DNA of 64,000 nucleotides from Parachlamydiales bacterium (GTDB lineage Bacteria; Chlamydiota; Chlamydiia; Chlamydiales; JAEMRK01): NCBI GenBank assembly GCA_016463375.1, contig JAEMRK010000001.1, positions 17,604 to 81,603 of the forward strand, read 5' to 3'. Shown piece by piece: positions 58,108 to 64,000 of this stretch (position 1 is its first letter; each line of letters starts with the position of its first letter). The notes under the pieces were generated by a model. It saw only the letters and a program-made list of their open reading frames with translations, ran no database searches and was not told where the DNA came from. The position numbers and the translations under genes were made by a program.

Positions 58108-59043
58108 ATGAATTTGACTTTACCACCCAATTTAGAGCAGTCTTTAGACTCTCTTTTAGCTAAATTACCGCTAAAAAATCTTAGGATTCTCACTAAACAA
58201 TTGTCTCAACGTTATCGTGAAGGAAAATTCTTTTTAACAACTTATGACGAAAAAGTTGCTTATCTAGCTGTCCGTTTACCGGCAACATATGCCGCAATTA
58301 CTGATGTTCTATCCCATATCCCTAACGAGATTGAAACAATATGTGATTATGGATCAGGTCCTGGTACTGGAATTCTTGCCGCCCAACAACTCTTTAATTT
58401 ATTAAAGAAATCAACTGCCATTGAACATGACAACCAGTGGATTCACATAGGCCAACAACTTGTAAATCAATGCGCTTGGATTAAAGATGACATTACAAAA
58501 TTTAAACATTCGCCATGTGATTTAGCTCTTTTCTCATACTCATTGAATGAAATTCCACTACCGCAATGTGAAAACCTATTAAAATTAGTTTGGTCTAACG
58601 TTAATAAATATTTAGTTATTATTGAGCCTGGAACACCTAAAGGATACCAAAGAATCATTAGTTATCGCTCCATTTTACTCAATCAAGGTGCACATATCTT
58701 CGCCCCTTGTCCTCACACACTCAAGTGTCCATTACAAGATAAAGAAAATGATTGGTGCCATTTTTCAAAAAGACTTACTAGATCAAGTTTACATAGACTA
58801 CTCAAAGATGCTGAACTTAATTATGAAGATGAAAAATTTAGTTATTTAATAGTTTCCAAAAATATTAATACTAAAGTTTACGATCGAGTCATACGTCATC
58901 CAAAAATTGGAAAAGGGCACACAAAGTTAACTTTGTGCACCCACGAGGGTCATTGGCAAGAGACTACAATTTCTAAAAAAGATGGACCCTTATACAAACT
59001 TGCAAAAGATACCGAATGGGGTGATGAATGGCCTATTAACTAG
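58108..59043 (+). CDS. Rsm22-like SAM-dependent methyltransferase
   Basis: SAM motif DYGSGPGTG and a Cys cluster CPHTLKCP...WCHF, typical of the Rsm22 family. Confidence 0.65.
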   Translation: MNLTLPPNLEQSLDSLLAKLPLKNLRILTKQLSQRYREGKFFLTTYDEKVAYLAVRLPATYAAITDVLSHIPNEIETICDYGSGPGTGILAAQQLFNLLKKSTAIEHDNQWIHIGQQLVNQCAWIKDDITKFKHSPCDLALFSYSLNEIPLPQCENLLKLVWSNVNKYLVIIEPGTPKGYQRIISYRSILLNQGAHIFAPCPHTLKCPLQDKENDWCHFSKRLTRSSLHRLLKDAELNYEDEKFSYLIVSKNINTKVYDRVIRHPKIGKGHTKLTLCTHEGHWQETTISKKDGPLYKLAKDTEWGDEWPIN

Positions 59044-60224
59044 ACCATCATTGCCACTTCAATACCAATTACTGCTAAGATCATGAAGGTTAGCAAGACT
59101 AAAATTGCTCGATTTCCAATCCATATCTTGTTACCAAGATTAAACCGATAACGACCAATCCAATACATACTAATTGGCAATAGACCATTTAATATCGCTT
59201 CACCAAATCCACCTGCATAACCTAATGCTGATACAAAGATGGTGGGGTTTGAAAAAGCAACATACGCTGGTGGAATAAATACTAATAGAGTAATCAAAAG
59301 CCAATTCAAGCGATTTTTAGAGCACTTAAAGCCATCAGCAAGAAAATCGCACATAGAATATGCCACACCTAGTAAAGACGTGACTAACGCAAAGAATGAG
59401 AAGAATTGAGCAACTTGGCCTATCCAATCATTATGTAAAGAACGACTTAAAATATCAGTAACAGGAATATTACCTTTTTCTGCCGCTTCAATAAGCTCAG
59501 CAGGAACAGCACCTATGATTAACCATTGCCACAAAGAATAGATAATAAATGGTATGAGTGTACCAACAAAGATACACCATCTAAGTGCTTTAGCATTACG
59601 TTTTAAATAATCACTTATAGTTGGAACAATATTGTGATAACCAAAAGCACTAAATAAAACTGGCGCTGCCATGTAAAACAACGGCCAACTAGCTCTTTGT
59701 AAATTTTCTACTATCACAAAGGCGGAGCCTTTGCTGATTAAAAGAAAATAAGATGCTACTAAAGCCACTGTTAAAATTGTATTTAACCGTCCTAAAACAA
59801 GTGAACCACCATAAACAATTCCGCCAAATAAGCCGCAAAACAACACATAGCTTGCCCATAATGGTATCTGTAACCCAAATACATTGCTGATAACAGATTG
59901 AAACAAGGGAGAACCCCCTGCCATGTAAGCAATCATTAAACAATAATATAAAAATAAAAATGTAAAGCCTGACAAACTTGCACCTACCGGGCCCAAGAAA
60001 CGTTTGGCCATAGATAACAAATTAGCCCCTTTGGGCATCCACAATGTTACTTCTAAAAACAATAAGCCTGTTGCCATCATGACAAGCCAGCACAAAAATG
60101 TGATAAGCAAGGACGGGTAAAAGCCAGCTATTGATGTTACTAACGGAATTCCGAGCATCCCGGCACCGACACTTGTACCAGTAATTAACAATGCTGCAGA
60201 AATGAAACTTTTAAAATTTTGCAC
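59040..60224 (-). CDS. tyrP: Aromatic amino acid permease (HAAAP family, TyrP/Mtr-like)
   Basis: 11-TM profile with N-terminal GTSVGAGMLGIP. It has a GTG start. Confidence 0.8.
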   Translation of the reverse strand: MQNFKSFISAALLITGTSVGAGMLGIPLVTSIAGFYPSLLITFLCWLVMMATGLLFLEVTLWMPKGANLLSMAKRFLGPVGASLSGFTFLFLYYCLMIAYMAGGSPLFQSVISNVFGLQIPLWASYVLFCGLFGGIVYGGSLVLGRLNTILTVALVASYFLLISKGSAFVIVENLQRASWPLFYMAAPVLFSAFGYHNIVPTISDYLKRNAKALRWCIFVGTLIPFIIYSLWQWLIIGAVPAELIEAAEKGNIPVTDILSRSLHNDWIGQVAQFFSFFALVTSLLGVAYSMCDFLADGFKCSKNRLNWLLITLLVFIPPAYVAFSNPTIFVSALGYAGGFGEAILNGLLPISMYWIGRYRFNLGNKIWIGNRAILVLLTFMILAVIGIEVAMMV

Positions 60225-60374
60225 AAAATCCTCTAATCTAAATTTTTAATAAAAAATTAAATATTATGATTAGCGTCGATGCAAAGTAGATGAGAATACA
60301 AAGAAGGTAAGAAAACTAGAATTAAATATTGATCTGGTCATAACTAAATAAACTAATGTAACCGATTATTATTA

Positions 60375-61604
60375 TCAAGCGATATTTGCCGGTAACTTTT
60401 TAGAACCAATTGTCCACCAAATTATAGTCGCGATAAATAAACAAACGCTCCCACCTACAATTGGAAAATAAGGATAAACTGTGACTATCGATCCAACTAC
60501 TAATGGTGGAAAGGCTAAAGCCGCAGCCTGCACTGATTGGTATATACCCATACTTTCACCTTGAACATGCTTTTCACTCAAATTAGATACTAAAGCAGAT
60601 CCAGTTGAATAAATAATTGCACCTATTCCAGGAAGAGGCGCGACGGCATACCAAAATAATTTAGGATCATTAACAAATCCTAAAACAAACATAGAAAGAC
60701 CCCACAAGGGAAAAGCGACTTTCAAAACATTGACTGCTGAAAATTTTGCAGTGAAACGCATAAGTAAAGCATTACTTAACACAAACCAACCACCAACATA
60801 CGAGTAAAATAGTCCGATGTCTGTTGGAGAAAAATGAAAGCGATCAACTGTATAAACAGGCACAAATACAATAAATAACTCCCATCCAAAGAAATACATA
60901 AACATAGCGCTAAAAACAGGCCTTAAATGACGCATATGCACTGCTTTTTTTAAATGAGATAGACCAATCCATAAATTAATTTTTACAGATGAAGACTTTA
61001 CAATCGTTTCACTGAATAAAAAATGAACTAATATTAAATTTAATCCACCGATTATTGCAGACGCTAAAAAAGGTGTTTGATAACCATATCCCCAATTTCC
61101 AGTCGATAATTCAGCGCCCATCATTGGTCCCATAATAAAACCAATACCAACACTAGCACCCATCCACCCAAACCGCTTAGCTCTTTGATCCGATTCGCTT
61201 AAATCAGCCATCGCGGCATGCATAACGGCCGAATTACCAGCTGCAAAACCCGATAAAAATCGAGAAAAAATCAAAAGAGTAACACTATAAATCGATAAAC
61301 TCCAAGCACCTAAGAAATAACTTATAATGGATATGCACAATGTTAGACTCACAACTTTTTTTCGACCTTTAAGGTCGGAAAAAGTACCCATTATAGGTGA
61401 ACTTAAAAATTGACCGATCGTAAAAGAGGACATTAAAAAACCTAAAATAGCTCCTCTTGCTGCAACAGTTGTATTTAACGGTAAAAGAGCATGCGGTCCT
61501 GTATCAAATATTAATGGAGAAGACATGGGATAGACCAGTCCCACACCAATTGCATCAATAAAAACAGTTAAAAGGATCACAAAAATAGAAGATTTAGTGC
61601 GCAT
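60375..61604 (-). CDS. MFS transporter (DHA1/Tet-like), paralog of 5983..7233
   Basis: Motif A GTFSDLKGRKKVV. The first ~130 aa align clearly by eye with the MFS protein at 5983. Confidence 0.8.
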   Translation of the reverse strand: MRTKSSIFVILLTVFIDAIGVGLVYPMSSPLIFDTGPHALLPLNTTVAARGAILGFLMSSFTIGQFLSSPIMGTFSDLKGRKKVVSLTLCISIISYFLGAWSLSIYSVTLLIFSRFLSGFAAGNSAVMHAAMADLSESDQRAKRFGWMGASVGIGFIMGPMMGAELSTGNWGYGYQTPFLASAIIGGLNLILVHFLFSETIVKSSSVKINLWIGLSHLKKAVHMRHLRPVFSAMFMYFFGWELFIVFVPVYTVDRFHFSPTDIGLFYSYVGGWFVLSNALLMRFTAKFSAVNVLKVAFPLWGLSMFVLGFVNDPKLFWYAVAPLPGIGAIIYSTGSALVSNLSEKHVQGESMGIYQSVQAAALAFPPLVVGSIVTVYPYFPIVGGSVCLFIATIIWWTIGSKKLPANIA

Positions 61605-61729
61605 ATTTAATTCGTATAACTCTTTTATTTATTAAAATTTTCATAAAAAGAATTGTCGATACTACTGATTTGTTATTAAACCCACAACAGTCAAAAAATT
61701 CCAAAAAATTTTCAACAATGTCTGGGACG

Positions 61730-61758
61730 TTGACTTTATGAAAAATGGTTGGTATTGT
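61730..61758 (+). promoter_or_regulatory. Putative promoter upstream of secDF
   Basis: TTGACT (61730-61735), a 17-nt spacer, then TATTGT (61753-61758). Confidence 0.3.
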
Positions 61759-61803
61759 ATTACGTTTGGGTCCTTAACACTCAATTTTTAAGGGAAAGCT
61801 TCA

Positions 61804-64000
61804 ATGGAAAAACAAAAACGCTGGCAGCTCTTTGTCATTATAGCCGTCATTATTTTGACCATCTACAACATCCTTCCAACACTTTTCTATTACTCTAAAC
61901 CCCTAAAGCGTCCAATTGGCGTGGAAGAGGCGAAAGATGTCGCTCAAGGAATTGCTGAAAGGGTTAATCATCTTCAAAAGGACTCTGTAGATTGGCTAAA
62001 TGCCTTTTGCAAAAACCTCAATATCAAACCGCAATCGATTCAAGTCGAAAAAGAAAATTCTCGCTACGTGACTGTGCTTTTTGCAAACCAGCGCGATGCA
62101 GAAGTTTTCCGTAAGCATTTGCCAAGGGCTGGGGCACTAATCCCCTTTGTCCCCTCACAAATTCAGTTAGCTGATCAGAGTGAGCAACAAGGCAATAATC
62201 AAGTTATGGTTGTACGCCAGCTTGGCACATACATTCCAAAAGATAGTGTTGATCAGTTTTTCACTTTTGCTGAGAAACGCGATGCTAATGGTGCTATTAC
62301 TGAAACATATCGCAACTATGTTTACGACCGTTTAGAGCCTATTGCTCTTCAAGTGGGCGGAGTTAGCGAAGCAGCTCAGTTAGTTCAACTCGTTACTCAA
62401 AATGCCAATAATCAACAAGCCCAGGCCCAAGTGCAGAACTTAACACTGCGTTTAGCTAAAAGCATTGTTGATGTTGAAAATTTATTTGGCGATCAAAGCT
62501 CTGTTGCTAAAAGATATTTTGCAAGTTTTACACAAAATCAAAGCGGAAAAGATAGTCGCAGCGATTCAATGGATGCCCTGGCAAAACAATTTACAAGCAC
62601 CGCCAGTCGTTTGCAAAACGATCAACAAGCTCTGGCAAATCAAATTGCCAAACGCAAAAGTGATGGGGGTCTTGTTGACTCATCTCAGAACCGTCAATTG
62701 CAACAGTTTGAAAATGATCGCACAACTCTTGATGCGGCGAATCTAATTTTAAAAAGAAATATTGCTTTATTTACAGCTGGCCAAGAGCCTCTAACTGAAA
62801 AAAGTATTTATTCGTTGCTTTCGCAAGATCAATCTTCTGAACTATCAGCTTCTAAAAGACAAACTTTATCTTTGGAAGGTCGCAATCCTTTTATTCAAGA
62901 GATTGTTATTGATTGGGCAAATGAATCGCTCACTCTTGTTCTCTATCCTGATTTACAAAATTCAAGATTTAGAGAGAATCCTACCGAAAAAGAAACAATT
63001 CGTTCTGACAAGCTTAATCAGCTCATTGTTGACGAAATTGCCCGTCTTGCTCGTCAAACAAATGAAGTGATTACTCCTAGCCAAGATAATTTTGTTTTGA
63101 ACTTTGATCAGCTTACAAGCAGCTCTAGTTTCTTAACTTTAAATATCAATCAAGTTGCGCAGCAACAAGCTCAGACATTGAAAAATTGGTTAATTAATCG
63201 CTGGTCGCCACAAAATCGCGATCTAAATCACAGCAATTATCCAATTTATACACAGGAAGAATATGCTCAACTTCCTGCTGAACAAAAGAAATTAGCACTT
63301 GTTTTGTATGCACCAGCTATTGGAACAAGTCCAGCTTTTGATGGATTAAGACCAAGTTCCTTCTACGTTATTGCCAAAGGAATGCATCGCATTTTAGAAC
63401 AATACGAAAAGTTTCCTGAATCAGAAGAAGCTAAGCAGTTTATTAATGATTTCCAACAGTTAAGCGCTATTTTAAAAGAAGAGGGTTTCTTTGGATATCC
63501 TGCAACTGCTTACAGATTGCCATCTGACATGCAACAAGACTATCTCTTTGAACAAGATGACTTTTACAGCACATTGATCAAAGCAACAAGAGAAGATTTC
63601 ACCGTTCACGGAACATACCGTCAAGCCGTTTTAGAATTTTCAAATGTTGAGCAACGTTTACTCACATTGAATAAAATTGAAGATGGTATGCATGAAGAAT
63701 TGCTGAAATGGCGTGATGAATACAATGCAGCTAGAGTCGATTTAAATCGCCAAGCGCGCTTCGACGTTCCTCCTCCAATTCACAGTGTGTTCTGGGATAA
63801 CTTTAAACTCAGCACAGCTAAATACTTCCGCGGCGATGACCGTAAAATATTGCGTTGGGGTCTTGATCTATCTGGTGGTAAAACTGTTCGTATCGGTTTA
63901 AGAGATGCTCAGAACAAACCAGTCACTGCTGAAGATGATCTAAGACAAGGTGTTAACGAACTTTATAAACGCGTCAATAAAATGGGTGTTTCTGAAGTTG
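61804..64000 (+). CDS. secD: Protein translocase SecD/SecDF, 5' partial, with a long N-terminal periplasmic extension
   Basis: I hand-translated the frame from the ATG at 61804 to the window end and found no stop. It has an N-terminal TM helix (WQLFVIIAVIILTIYNILPTLFYY), and the canonical SecD motif GLDLSGGKT appears only at about aa 686 (nt 63859). It is missing from the ORF track because it lacks a stop. Confidence 0.85.
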   Translation, partial: MEKQKRWQLFVIIAVIILTIYNILPTLFYYSKPLKRPIGVEEAKDVAQGIAERVNHLQKDSVDWLNAFCKNLNIKPQSIQVEKENSRYVTVLFANQRDAEVFRKHLPRAGALIPFVPSQIQLADQSEQQGNNQVMVVRQLGTYIPKDSVDQFFTFAEKRDANGAITETYRNYVYDRLEPIALQVGGVSEAAQLVQLVTQNANNQQAQAQVQNLTLRLAKSIVDVENLFGDQSSVAKRYFASFTQNQSGKDSRSDSMDALAKQFTSTASRLQNDQQALANQIAKRKSDGGLVDSSQNRQLQQFENDRTTLDAANLILKRNIALFTAGQEPLTEKSIYSLLSQDQSSELSASKRQTLSLEGRNPFIQEIVIDWANESLTLVLYPDLQNSRFRENPTEKETIRSDKLNQLIVDEIARLARQTNEVITPSQDNFVLNFDQLTSSSSFLTLNINQVAQQQAQTLKNWLINRWSPQNRDLNHSNYPIYTQEEYAQLPAEQKKLALVLYAPAIGTSPAFDGLRPSSFYVIAKGMHRILEQYEKFPESEEAKQFINDFQQLSAILKEEGFFGYPATAYRLPSDMQQDYLFEQDDFYSTLIKATREDFTVHGTYRQAVLEFSNVEQRLLTLNKIEDGMHEELLKWRDEYNAARVDLNRQARFDVPPPIHSVFWDNFKLSTAKYFRGDDRKILRWGLDLSGGKTVRIGLRDAQNKPVTAEDDLRQGVNELYKRVNKMGVSEV

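Noticed and set aside
62465-62746. 93-aa plus-strand ORF from the ORF track
   Set aside because: It is out of frame inside the long open secD reading frame that starts at 61804. That frame has a TM helix and the SecD GLDLSGG motif.

Overview
This window looks like a low-GC Chlamydiae chromosome segment, probably an environmental (Parachlamydiaceae-like) lineage. That placement is an inference from gene content and from gene order as I recall it in Chlamydia trachomatis. About 85% of the window is conserved housekeeping sequence. The conserved blocks, in order, are: glyA-clpP-dapF-UPF0158 (+ strand); a CT504-like gene, gapA, rplQ-rpoA-rpsK-rpsM-secY and a 20-gene ribosomal protein string ending at rplC (- strand, 11.9-26.6 kb); fmt-lpxA-fabZ-lpxC-lnt; rsmB, a SurA-like gene and dacC; rsbW with LptE-like and BamD-like lipoproteins and dnaE; uhpC; hisS-aspS-mip-trmL; lpxI-trxA; tRNA-Leu and a thiamine pyrophosphokinase; plsC-cmk-cdsA-uppS; and a 5' partial secDF. 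Two tRNA-Leu genes are present (anticodons TAA and CAG). I found no rRNA, CRISPR array, transposase or integrase. The non-core material is mainly an ~8.7 kb block starting right after tRNA-Leu(TAA) (4.2-12.9 kb). It holds a GNAT acetyltransferase, an iteron-like 21-bp repeat array next to an HTH gene remnant, MFS transporters, an F-box (eukaryote-like) protein, small secreted proteins, and a Clp/Hsp100 D2-only AAA+ ATPase with an N-terminal signal-like segment. Other points worth a second look are an Inc-like bilobed-hydrophobic protein plus a ComEA-like SLBB-only protein between rplC and fmt, and an FHA-like bitopic membrane protein with YscD-like topology between uhpC and hisS. I see no convincing complete novel multi-gene system; the candidates are single genes or small modules. 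All calls rest on reading motifs by eye, with no searches run.
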